Of a DNA stretch of 64,000 bases, positions 1 through 7,770 are shown in pieces. The translations under genes and the position numbers were made by a program. Source of the DNA: an uncultured Candidatus Saccharibacteria bacterium (GTDB lineage: Bacteria; Patescibacteriota; Minisyncoccia; Phycocordibacterales; UBA918). The DNA is taken from assembly GCA_964399295.1 (NCBI GenBank), contig CAYNQD010000002.1, forward strand, positions 104,358 to 168,357, read 5' to 3'. The notes under the pieces were generated by a model that was not told where the DNA came from, made no database searches, and saw only the letters and a program-made list of their open reading frames with translations. The stretch's first letter is position 1. Each line of letters opens with the position of its first letter.

Positions 1-2
1 AT

Positions 3-164
3 GAAGATATGGCGGAAACTTTCATTTATTTTGTGCGCGAAGACAAGCCGCAAACCACCACCGTTCGCGACCGGAAAATTTTAGCTTTCTATCAAGAGCC
101 GGAATTGGTAGAAATCAGAACCCAAATAAGAAATAATTTAAGGATTTTGGGCGTGGGGTATTGA
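3..164 (+). CDS. 3' end of an upstream gene running off the window start; product unknown
   Basis: Frame 3 is open from the window edge to TGA at 162-164. Its translation (...EDMAETFIYFVREDKPQTTTVRDRKILAFYQEPELVEIRTQIRNNLRILGVGY) looks protein-like. Confidence 0.3.
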   Translation, partial: EDMAETFIYFVREDKPQTTTVRDRKILAFYQEPELVEIRTQIRNNLRILGVGY

Positions 165-182
165 GTTAGATTCAGGGTAATT

Positions 183-437
183 ATGGCTAGAGATACAGAA
201 GTACAAAATGAAGACGTAAAGATACTTTTTCAAGGGAGTTGGTCCGCCGGGGAGGTTGATGTTGATGAGGTGTCTTCTGCTCGGGCAATAGATAATGACC
301 TGGAAAAAACACTAATTTCCTCTTGGGATAACACCCTTCATACAGCAAACGAGCAAGGTAAAAAAATCTGGGATAGTGTTATTTATCGATTTGAAGATTG
401 TGAAATGTCTTCACAAAAACTACACCTGCATTGCTGA
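183..437 (+). CDS. hypothetical small acidic protein
   Basis: 84-aa ORF from the track with non-repetitive acidic composition. No recognisable motif. Confidence 0.25.
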   Translation: MARDTEVQNEDVKILFQGSWSAGEVDVDEVSSARAIDNDLEKTLISSWDNTLHTANEQGKKIWDSVIYRFEDCEMSSQKLHLHC

Positions 438-555
438 AAGAGAAGTTCTGGAAGAATATTGAAGGTTCTTTGATAATCTCGGGCGGCTTTTTTCCAGTAA
501 TCTTTGGGAGCAGGTCTACCGCCTCAGTCCTTGCCAAAAAAAGCTTTGTCGTGTA

Positions 556-575
556 TTGTTCGTAGGTACGAACAA
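556..575. promoter_or_regulatory. 9-2-9 inverted repeat TTGTTCGTA-GG-TACGAACAA abutting the regulator start codon; candidate DtxR/MntR-type operator
   Basis: Perfect 9-bp arms read directly. It ends at the A of the ATG at 575. DtxR/IdeR/MntR boxes are about 19-20 bp palindromes. Confidence 0.45.
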
Positions 576-1009
576 TGTCTAATACCATAAAACCAATTAA
601 CGCCACCAGAGAAGACTATGTCCGAGCGATTTACATATTGCAGGAATCGGCTCAGGATACTGGCGTTAAGCAGATTGCCGAACGTTTGAGTTTAAGCAAG
701 TCAACCGTATCTGAGCGACTAAAAGGTTTGGTAAAAGACGGTTTGGTAACGGCTGATTTGTATGCGCCAGCAAAGCTAACTAAAAAAGGTTTGGACGTGG
801 GAAGAAAATTAACATACAAACACCGCATCATTGAGGTTTTTTTGAGTCAGGTTCTCGATGTCCCGGCCAATCGTGTTCACGAGGAAGCGGAAAAGTTGGA
901 ACATGCTTGCAGCGATGATGTTATTAAGCGTATTGCTAAATTATTAAATTATCCAACTAGCGACCCGCACGGATCTATTATTCCCAAGGTCAAAAATTGG
1001 AATTGTTAA
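575..1009 (+). CDS. DtxR/MntR-family metal-dependent transcriptional repressor
   Basis: N-terminal wHTH (RAIYILQ...GVKQIAERLSLSKSTVSERLKGLVKDGLV) followed by a metal-binding/dimerisation region (HEEAEKLEHACSDD). Sits immediately upstream of a metal ABC importer. Confidence 0.85.
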   Translation: MSNTIKPINATREDYVRAIYILQESAQDTGVKQIAERLSLSKSTVSERLKGLVKDGLVTADLYAPAKLTKKGLDVGRKLTYKHRIIEVFLSQVLDVPANRVHEEAEKLEHACSDDVIKRIAKLLNYPTSDPHGSIIPKVKNWNC

Positions 1010-1032
1010 AAATTAAAAACTAAGATTTAAAT

Positions 1033-1956
1033 ATGAACAAAGTAATTATTATAGGTATTTTATTATTGGTGATTATCGGCGGCCTTTTCCTTTTGAATGG
1101 AAATTCTTCAGACAGGAATACTGAAAATAAAACTGATAAAATTATTGCTCTCAGCACTTTCACTATCATCGCTGATATGGTGAGTGAAGTGGGAGGAGAT
1201 AGGGTGGAGTCGATTTCACTAACGAAACCCGGAGCGGAAATTCATGGTTATGAACCAACTCCCGGAGATTTGGTCGGTGCTTCCAAAGCGGAAGTGATTT
1301 TTGAAAACGGCATGAATTTGGAATTGTGGACGACAAAATTAAAAGCCAGTCTTCCCAATGTGCCGGTCGTTACCATTAGTGAAGGCATAGAAGTGGTTTC
1401 AATCGTTGAAGGTACTTACGAAGGAAAGCCCAATCCTCACGCTTGGATGTCGCCAAAACAAGGGCTGGTGTACGTTGAGAACATCAGGAAAACTTTAACG
1501 GAATTAGCTCCCGAGCAGGCCGCTTATTTCCAGGCCAATGCCGATGATTATTCTGAAAAATTAAGACAGCTTGATGTTGAGTTGGCTGAGGCCTTGGCGG
1601 TTTTGTCTTTGGATCAGCGTTACCTGGTCACCTGTGAGGGAGCCTTTACTTATCTAACCAATGACTACAACCTAAGCGAGATATATTTGTGGGCAATCAA
1701 TGACGAGTCGGGTGGTTCGCCGCAACAGGTGGCCAAGGTTATCAATCTGGTAAAACAAAACCAAATCCCAACTGTCTTCTGTGAAAGTACCGTTGAGTCG
1801 GGCATTCAAAGAGAAGTGGCCAATGCTTCCGGCGCCAGTCTCGGCGGTGTGCTTTATGTGGACTCTTTGTCTGAAGCTGATGGCCCGGCTCCAACCTACT
1901 TGGCTTTACTTGAACATACTGTGAACACCATCATTGGCGGTTTGGTTAAGAATTAA
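1033..1956 (+). CDS. metal (Zn/Mn) ABC transporter substrate-binding protein, TroA/ZnuA family
   Basis: N-terminal TM/signal segment. Cluster 9 SBP motifs (ADMVSEVGGDRV, EIHGYEPTPGD, PHAWMSP, FTYL). Confidence 0.85.
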   Translation: MNKVIIIGILLLVIIGGLFLLNGNSSDRNTENKTDKIIALSTFTIIADMVSEVGGDRVESISLTKPGAEIHGYEPTPGDLVGASKAEVIFENGMNLELWTTKLKASLPNVPVVTISEGIEVVSIVEGTYEGKPNPHAWMSPKQGLVYVENIRKTLTELAPEQAAYFQANADDYSEKLRQLDVELAEALAVLSLDQRYLVTCEGAFTYLTNDYNLSEIYLWAINDESGGSPQQVAKVINLVKQNQIPTVFCESTVESGIQREVANASGASLGGVLYVDSLSEADGPAPTYLALLEHTVNTIIGGLVKN

Positions 1957-1962
1957 AATCGT

Positions 1963-2715
1963 ATGGAATCAACTAGTGATTACGCCATTAAAATAAATGA
2001 TGTCAGGGTGAGTTATGGCAGCACCTTGGCGCTTGATAATGCTTCTATCCAAATTCCTTATGGAACTTTCTCGGGTGTGATTGGTATGAACGGGGCGGGC
2101 AAGTCTACTTTGTTCAAGCTGATTATGGGTTTGGTGGAAGCGAAAAGCGGTGAAGTTTTAATCTGTGGCGATGAGCCAAAAGTCGCTCAAAAACACGGCC
2201 ACGTGGCTTACGTGCCGCAAACGGAATTAGTGGATTGGGATTTTCCGGTTTCTGTTTATGACGTGGTGATGATGGGTCGGCTGGGTTCGCAAAATATATT
2301 TAAGACCGCCAGCCAAGAAGACCATCAATTTGTCGAGGAAGCCTTGCAAAAAGTGAGCATGCTTGGCTTTGCTGACCGGCAGATCGGTGAATTGTCGGGC
2401 GGGCAAAAAAAGCGAGTCTTTGTGGCCAGAGCTTTGGCTCAGGGAGCTGATATATTTTTACTCGATGAACCTTTTGCCGGTCTCGATTCTGTCAGTGAAA
2501 AATCATTGACGGCTTTACTGGTGGCGCTCAAAGATGAGGGGAAGACAATTATTCTCGCCACTCATGACCTAATGTCTTTGTCCGACAATTGTGATCGAGT
2601 CGCCTTGATAAAGCATACTGTCTTGGCCTACGGCCCTACTAAAGAAGTCTTTACCAAGGATTTGGTGTCGCAGACCTTTGATGGCGTCGTGCACAACATT
2701 AAATTTAATGAATAA
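1963..2715 (+). CDS. metal ABC transporter ATP-binding protein
   Basis: Walker A GMNGAGKST, ABC signature LSGGQKKR, Walker B IFLLDEP, H-loop ATHD. Confidence 0.9.
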   Translation: MESTSDYAIKINDVRVSYGSTLALDNASIQIPYGTFSGVIGMNGAGKSTLFKLIMGLVEAKSGEVLICGDEPKVAQKHGHVAYVPQTELVDWDFPVSVYDVVMMGRLGSQNIFKTASQEDHQFVEEALQKVSMLGFADRQIGELSGGQKKRVFVARALAQGADIFLLDEPFAGLDSVSEKSLTALLVALKDEGKTIILATHDLMSLSDNCDRVALIKHTVLAYGPTKEVFTKDLVSQTFDGVVHNIKFNE

Positions 2716-2717
2716 GT

Positions 2718-3569
2718 ATGGATATTTTACAATTTATTTTAGAGCCATTGCAGTATGCGTTTATAGTGAAAGCACTCTGGGTTTCAATGGTGGTGGGCGC
2801 TACTTGCGCTATTCTTTCTTGTTTTATGATTTTGAAAGGCTGGTCGTTGCTTGGTGACGCTATCTCGCATGCGGTTTTGCCGGGGGTGGTAATAGCTTAT
2901 ATTATCGGTATTCCTTTTAGCCTGGGAGCTTTTGTTTTTGCGCTCTTGGCGGTGGCGTTGATTGGTTTGGTAAAAACCAACACCAAGATAAAAGAAGATG
3001 CCATCATGGGAATTGTTTTCACAACGCTCTTTGCTTTTGGTTTGATTTTGATTTCTCAGGTAAAAAGCACGGTAGACCTCACTCACGTATTGTTTGGTTA
3101 TGTGCTTGGGATTTCTGATGAGTCTGCCATTTACACGATTGGCGTGCTGGCTGTCGTAGCGGCTGTGATTTTGGTTTTTAGGAGAGTGTTTTTGGTTTTT
3201 AGTTTTGATGCCACGCATGCGGAGTCTATTGGCATGCCGGTCAAGCTCATTCAATATGCGCTTTTGGTGCTTTTGGCTATAACCATCACCAGCTCTTTGC
3301 AGACCGTGGGTATAATCCTTGTGATTGCCATGCTTATTACTCCCGGCTCGACAGCTTTTCTTTTGACTAAGAAATTTTCTTCGATGCTTTGGATTGCGGC
3401 ATTTGTCAGCGTACTAAGCTCGATAGTGGGTGTCTATGCCAGCTTCTATCTTGATATTTCAACCGGTGGCGCCATTGTGTTTACGCAAGGTTTGATTTTC
3501 TTGGGAGTGTTTGTTTATCACTTGGGGAAATTTGGCAGTGAGGTGAAAGTCGCGGTGAAGGGAAGTTAG
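2718..3569 (+). CDS. metal ABC transporter permease (ZnuB/MntB-like)
   Basis: 283-aa multi-TM protein. The start is 3 nt after the ATPase stop. ABC-3 permease-like sequence. Confidence 0.85.
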   Translation: MDILQFILEPLQYAFIVKALWVSMVVGATCAILSCFMILKGWSLLGDAISHAVLPGVVIAYIIGIPFSLGAFVFALLAVALIGLVKTNTKIKEDAIMGIVFTTLFAFGLILISQVKSTVDLTHVLFGYVLGISDESAIYTIGVLAVVAAVILVFRRVFLVFSFDATHAESIGMPVKLIQYALLVLLAITITSSLQTVGIILVIAMLITPGSTAFLLTKKFSSMLWIAAFVSVLSSIVGVYASFYLDISTGGAIVFTQGLIFLGVFVYHLGKFGSEVKVAVKGS

Positions 3570-3625
3570 GAACACAAAACAAAAGTGCCGCCAGCGAAGC
3601 TGGCGGCACTTTTGTTTTGTGTTCC
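3569..3625. terminator. bidirectional intrinsic terminator (about 25-bp perfect stem) between convergent znuB-like and rhodanese genes
   Basis: GGAACACAAAACAAAAGTGCCGCCAGC-GAA-GCTGGCGGCACTTTTGTTTTGTGTTCC, with U/A tracts in both directions. Confidence 0.8.
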
Positions 3626-3638
3626 AGTTATCTAATCA

Positions 3639-4250
3639 CTAACAACCAAACTCACTATTCTCACTGCAAGGACTGATGATGGTGTTTTCCAAGCTCGGTA
3701 CGCCTGGCTCATTTCCAGTGGTGGTAAAATCTTCAGCTTTCAAACCGTCTTCACCATTCCACATTGTCCAATAATATTTCCATTCATACCAACCGATATT
3801 GAGATGCTTGGTGGCAATTCCATTTTCAGAAAGAGCGAGGCCCACTTTTCGGCTAGCCATGCAGGCGGCACTGTAGCAGTAGGTAATAATGTCTTTATTT
3901 GGGTTGTCGGCTTTTAGTTCAGCAAAAGCGTTTACTATTCTTTCATTATTATCCTGTCCTGAAACCGCCGGGTCTATATAATTAGGAATGTTGATTGCGC
4001 TGGTGATGTGTTCGGCTTCATATTCAGCTGGAGTGCGAAGGTCTACCAAGACAAAAGAATCCTGTGTATTTCTTTGCAAGGCTGATTTAATATCGTAGGG
4101 ACTTACGGAAACCAAGTTTTCTATTTTGTAATATTCCGCGATGTGTTCCTCTTTAGTTTGATCAGAAAAGCTTGAGGTTGCGAGTACTCCCAAGCCACCA
4201 ATAACAACCCCCAGTATAAGGGCAACAATATGTGTATGTGTAATTTTCAT
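3639..4250 (-). CDS. membrane-anchored rhodanese-domain sulfurtransferase
   Basis: N-terminal TM helix. Rhodanese signature (VLVDLRTPAEYEAEHITSAINIP ... ITYCYSAAC catalytic Cys loop). Confidence 0.75.
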   Translation of the reverse strand: MKITHTHIVALILGVVIGGLGVLATSSFSDQTKEEHIAEYYKIENLVSVSPYDIKSALQRNTQDSFVLVDLRTPAEYEAEHITSAINIPNYIDPAVSGQDNNERIVNAFAELKADNPNKDIITYCYSAACMASRKVGLALSENGIATKHLNIGWYEWKYYWTMWNGEDGLKAEDFTTTGNEPGVPSLENTIISPCSENSEFGC

Positions 4251-4363
4251 ATAAGGAGAAGCATACCATTGTAGATAAATTATGAAAAGCAGTAGCTGGG
4301 CGAAAATTTGGAAAATAGGTAATTGTGTTGTATAATGAGGAGATGTTGGGGGTATTTCAAAAT

Positions 4364-6187
4364 ATGTTTCTCTTGTCGAGAAGCTTTATCTGTTTAGTGG
4401 CCGGCCTTGTGGCCGTGCCGGCTTTCTTCTTTGTGGCTACTGGTATGGCTTGGGCGCAAAGTGAAGGTTATCAAGTGGAGTTTAAGAGTACGGCTATTGA
4501 TTTAGGTCAAAGCGTGAAGGTGGAATGGCAAGCGCCGGCCGATCGTTTGAATGGCGCTTGGATCGGTATTTTCACGGAAGGTACCGGCAACAATAACTAT
4601 CGCACTTGGAAATATCTGCCCAAAGGAGTTACTTCCGGCGAAATGGATTTTGCCGTCAATGTGGCTGGTACTTATGAAGTGCGGTTGTTTTCTGATAGTG
4701 GTTATAACAAAGCGGCGGAGGGTTCTCATAAGCTGGTCATAACTAAAGCTGGCACTGTCGGCAGTGATACCGGTAATACCGGCAGTAGTGGCAGTGGTAG
4801 CAATAATGGAAATACCAACAACGGCAATAATAACAATTCTAATTCCGGTACCGGCAACAATTCTACCGGACAATATACTTTGTCCGCCAGTAAAAGCACT
4901 TATGAATTTGGAGAAACATTGCTGGTAAGCTTCACCACTCCTAGTCCCAGGACTAATGCCGACAGCGGGGCTTGGATCGGTATTTTCACGGAAGGTGCCA
5001 ATAATAATAATTACCGCACTTGGAAATACCTACCCAAAGGAGTCACGTCTGGCGAAATGGATTTTGCTGTAAGTGTGGCTGGTACTTATGAAGCCAGATT
5101 ATTTTCTGGTAGTTATACCAAGGTGACTGACTCAGATACTTTTTTAATCAAACCAAAAAGTAGCGTGGTCACACCACCACCAACCACACCACCACCAACT
5201 CAACCGCCAAGTGCTGACGAAAATTTTTCTTTAACTGTCAGTAGTCAGGCGATTGGCGTTGGTGGTTCGGTGACTGTGAGTTGGGAAGCTCCAACGGGAA
5301 TAGATCTGCGCAATGACTGGGTCGGTATTTATCGTACCGGAGCTTCAAATTTTTCTTACTTGAGTTATTTTTATACCAACGCCACCACCAACGGCAGCGC
5401 TACTTTTAGTATCACTGCGCCCGGTAGTTATGAGTTTCGTTATTTTCGCAATGGCTCATACACTCGGGTTTCTACTTCACCGGTGGTAAATGTCAGTGCC
5501 GATACCAGTAGTTTGCAGTGTAATTTATCCAACTCTACTTTGCAGAGTGTCACCAACTATCCGCCAAGTTCGGGGCCGATTATCGCTTTTGGTGATAGCT
5601 TGACGGCTGGGGTGGGAGCGACAGCGGGGCAGGATTATGTCAGTCAGTTGTCTCGCAAATCGGGAGTGCCAATAATCAACGCTGGTATTTCCGGCAACAC
5701 CACCCGCGATGCCGCGGCCCGTTTGCAGTCTGATGTCTTATCCAGAAATCCATCAGTGGTCATTGTGTGGCTGGGTGGAAATGATATTTTGCAACGCCAC
5801 TACGAAGGATTGTTTAATGGCGCCAATAATCCAAATCTCTACGAATCTTTGCGCCTGATTTTGCTGCGTGTCACCGGTAAAATTCCAGCGCCGCAAGGTA
5901 TTACCGAAGCTGAGACTTTCGCCAATCTGAAAGAAATTGTGGAAGATATTCAAGATCGGGGAGCTGTAACCATCGTGGTTGGTTTTAGCGGTGGAGTTTT
6001 TGACGCCAAACTGGAAGCTCTTTATAAAAAAGTGGCGGATGAAACCAACTCAATATACGTGCCAAACGCCATGAGCGGCATCATCGGCCGCGTGACTTTG
6101 ATGAGTGACTTGGTACACCCCAATAACGCCGGCTATGGCCTGGTAGCAGATAAGGTTTTACCATATTTGGTTTGTGTGGCGGGGTAG
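4364..6187 (+). CDS. secreted SGNH/GDSL-family hydrolase with three N-terminal ~100-aa beta-rich repeats and low-complexity Gly/Asn/Ser and Pro/Thr linkers
   Basis: Signal peptide starting at the Met at 4364 (the ORF is open from GTG 4325). Three repeats share AWIGIFTEG...YRTWKYLPKGVTSGEMDFAV.VAGTYE.RLFS. The C-terminus carries SGNH blocks (IIAFGDSLTAG, VVIVWLGGNDI, DLVHPN). Confidence 0.7.
   Translation: MFLLSRSFICLVAGLVAVPAFFFVATGMAWAQSEGYQVEFKSTAIDLGQSVKVEWQAPADRLNGAWIGIFTEGTGNNNYRTWKYLPKGVTSGEMDFAVNVAGTYEVRLFSDSGYNKAAEGSHKLVITKAGTVGSDTGNTGSSGSGSNNGNTNNGNNNNSNSGTGNNSTGQYTLSASKSTYEFGETLLVSFTTPSPRTNADSGAWIGIFTEGANNNNYRTWKYLPKGVTSGEMDFAVSVAGTYEARLFSGSYTKVTDSDTFLIKPKSSVVTPPPTTPPPTQPPSADENFSLTVSSQAIGVGGSVTVSWEAPTGIDLRNDWVGIYRTGASNFSYLSYFYTNATTNGSATFSITAPGSYEFRYFRNGSYTRVSTSPVVNVSADTSSLQCNLSNSTLQSVTNYPPSSGPIIAFGDSLTAGVGATAGQDYVSQLSRKSGVPIINAGISGNTTRDAAARLQSDVLSRNPSVVIVWLGGNDILQRHYEGLFNGANNPNLYESLRLILLRVTGKIPAPQGITEAETFANLKEIVEDIQDRGAVTIVVGFSGGVFDAKLEALYKKVADETNSIYVPNAMSGIIGRVTLMSDLVHPNNAGYGLVADKVLPYLVCVAG
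4553..4694 (+). repeat. intragenic tandem duplication, copy 1 (about 142 nt, about 85-90% identical to copy 2)
   Basis: The DNA stretch ggcgcttggatcggtattttcacggaagg...gaaatggattttgc...gctggtacttatgaag recurs at 4967-5108. Confidence 0.8.
4967..5108 (+). repeat. intragenic tandem duplication, copy 2
   Basis: See copy 1. Encodes the second AWIGIFTEG...GTYE repeat. Confidence 0.8.
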
Positions 6188-6560
6188 GTAAATGAATAGA
6201 TTTCTGTCAGGAAAGCTGTCAAAGCAGTTTCTAACATTCTGTTGATAATTTTACTTATGCAATAAATTTTTTCAGATTTGTGTCACGTGGTTTTGAGGAT
6301 CAAATATCTGTGCCAACTTCATAACGCCGTCTGACACTTCTAAATCAAGAATATCGTTTGAGTCTACGAAGCGTATTTCCATACATTCACGCGAAGGGGT
6401 GAAATCAAAATCAGCAACCTGACATTCATAAACTATTTATGCTGACGCGATAGAAGCAGTCGGATATTGCTAGTGATGTTTTTGTGGACATGGTACTTTG
6501 ATTGTATCATGTTTTTAGTACCCAATCGTAATTAAAGATTTATATAAAAGTAAACTGATT

Positions 6561-6590
6561 AAATAAAAAAAGCCACCTCGTAGGGTGGCT
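6561..6590 (-). terminator. intrinsic terminator oriented for the minus strand
   Basis: AGCCACC-TCGTA-GGGTGGCT, followed on the minus strand by a T9 tract (A-run 6561-6570 on plus). Lies inside the 3' part of the 77-aa minus ORF 6515-6748. Confidence 0.5.
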
Positions 6591-6872
6591 AAAGTTAAGT
6601 CTTTTTCCTGTTGCAGGTCGAGCCATTCACTAGCTATCCGTTGCCTGACTGTTTTTGTAACCTCGTGAATCTGGTGGTGTTTCAGGCTATTTTCAACCAG
6701 TCTTTTACAACCTTCTGCCATTTCGGCAAATACCAAATCCTTAGACAAAAGGAACTCGAATCACTTGGTCATAAGGTTTATCGTATTTAGTACACTCGGT
6801 GGTGGCATAATCATACACAAGAAATTAACTCACTGCTTGCGTACCTAGAGCAGCTCTAGATATAATAATATT

Positions 6873-7346
6873 ATGAAAAATCAAGACATTAGATTTGCAC
6901 GTAATTTAGTAAAAGGAAAGATTGCTGAAACGGTATTTGCACAAATGCTCCGCTCGACGGGGGCTTTCACCGTTCTCGAGTTTGGCTATGAGAAAATTAT
7001 TCCCGAACTAGTAGGGAGAGGAAGGGGTGGTGATAGCGAAATGGTGGAAACATTACGCACCGCACCAGACTTTGCGGTAATCAATAACACCACCAAAGAA
7101 GTACATTTGATTGAGGTTAAGTATCGAGCTAGGTTCACCAAGCAGAATGTTTTAAATATTGCCGAGAGAATGAGTAGGAACTGGAATCCTTCGTATCTAT
7201 TTTTAGCCAGTGAAGACGGATTCTATTTTGGAGAAGTAAAGACTTTGATAGAAAACGGAGGTGACATTCAATGTCTTGACCACCCCCAGATACCAATAGA
7301 GACTCAAACAGAGTTTTTAAAGATACTAAATGATTTTGAAGGCTAG
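6873..7346 (+). CDS. PD-(D/E)xK nuclease-fold protein (YraN/Hjc-like small nuclease)
   Basis: Core motif APDFAV...(14 aa)...HLIEVKYR, which is a PD...ExK pattern. N-terminal helix G.IAE..FAQML..G as in UPF0102/Hjc-type proteins. Confidence 0.5.
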   Translation: MKNQDIRFARNLVKGKIAETVFAQMLRSTGAFTVLEFGYEKIIPELVGRGRGGDSEMVETLRTAPDFAVINNTTKEVHLIEVKYRARFTKQNVLNIAERMSRNWNPSYLFLASEDGFYFGEVKTLIENGGDIQCLDHPQIPIETQTEFLKILNDFEG

Positions 7347-7415
7347 CTTACCTAGCTAAACAAAAACAACCTCGCAAGAGGCTGTTTTTGTACCCTTCTC
7401 GGGCTAGCTCTAAAA

Positions 7416-7490
7416 GGGGCGACTACTGGGAATCGAACCCAGATAACCGGTACCACAAACCGGAGTAATAGCCGTTATACGATAGCCGCC
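7416..7490 (-). tRNA. tRNA-His (anticodon GTG) with genomically encoded G-1 pairing the discriminator C73
   Basis: Cloverleaf folded by hand. G-1 plus acceptor GCGGCTA/TAGTCGC. U8. D-arm GTAT/TTAC. Anticodon stem CCGGT/ACCGG with loop TTGTGGT. T-arm CTGGG-TTCGATT-CCCAG. Confidence 0.8.
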
Positions 7491-7501
7491 ATTTTTTTTG
7501 A

Positions 7502-7544
7502 GAAGTGAAGGAGGGGCGCGCGAAGCGCGCCCCTCCTTCACTTC
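7502..7544. repeat. 20-bp perfect GC-rich palindrome (GAAGTGAAGGAGGGGCGCGC-GAA-GCGCGCCCCTCCTTCACTTC) flanked by T9 on plus, directly 5' of tRNA-His
   Basis: Read directly. Extreme GC in an AT-rich context. No U-tract follows it on either strand, so it is not a canonical terminator. Confidence 0.7.
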
Positions 7545-7567
7545 CATCCTACATTTATACCCATTTT

Positions 7568-7596
7568 TTGCAAAAAAGTCGAGAGAGGGTATAAAT
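7568..7596 (+). promoter_or_regulatory. sigma70-like promoter (-35 TTGCAA, 17-bp spacer, -10 ATAAAT) for the small TM-peptide/YibE-F transcription unit
   Basis: Hexamers and spacing read directly. Confidence 0.5.
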
Positions 7597-7639
7597 ATTC
7601 CTTGTTGTTGGTATTGGTTGGTGTTAAAGTTAAATCATT

Positions 7640-7729
7640 ATGGATCAAGAAGCGTTGATGGTTACGTTGTTTTTTACCTTTATTTTGGGGGCGGGGGTTG
7701 GTTTTTATGTCGCTCGCTTTTTGTTTTGA
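7640..7729 (+). CDS. 29-aa single-TM peptide resembling the N-terminal helix of the UPF0154/YneF family (possibly truncated)
   Basis: MDQEALMVTLFFTFILGAGVGFYVARFLF. The GxGxGFxxAR helix resembles YneF LAGVAGGFFIARKY. It stops right after the TM. Not in the ORF track because it is under 60 aa. Confidence 0.3.
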   Translation: MDQEALMVTLFFTFILGAGVGFYVARFLF

Positions 7730-7770
7730 GAAAGACGTGGATTTGTAATGGCTTAAAATATAATTATCAA

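Noticed and set aside
2784-3254. Antisense ORF inside the znuB-like permease. Similar shadow ORFs occur at 4502-4873, 17640-17975, 29417-30034, 31241-31810, 48227-48730 and 49879-50427.
   Set aside because: They lie wholly inside well-supported genes on the opposite strand and have basic, Ser/Arg-rich shadow-frame composition.
4740-4870. Short periodic Gly/Asn/Ser-coding repeats (ggcaacaat..., aataataac...) checked as a possible CRISPR or micro-satellite array
   Set aside because: They are in-frame within the SGNH-hydrolase gene and encode a low-complexity linker. There are no spacer-repeat units of CRISPR size anywhere in the window.
7502-7544. GC-rich 20-bp hairpin considered as an intrinsic terminator for tRNA-His or for the upstream gene
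   Set aside because: The U-tract precedes rather than follows the stem on the plus strand, and on the minus strand it is followed by A9. It is kept as a palindromic element of unknown role.
7498-7770. N-terminal 91 codons of the tracked YibE/F ORF (MRSEGGAREARPS...)
   Set aside because: This part translates the 20-bp GC hairpin and the promoter region. A signal-peptide Met at 7771 gives a sensible protein start.
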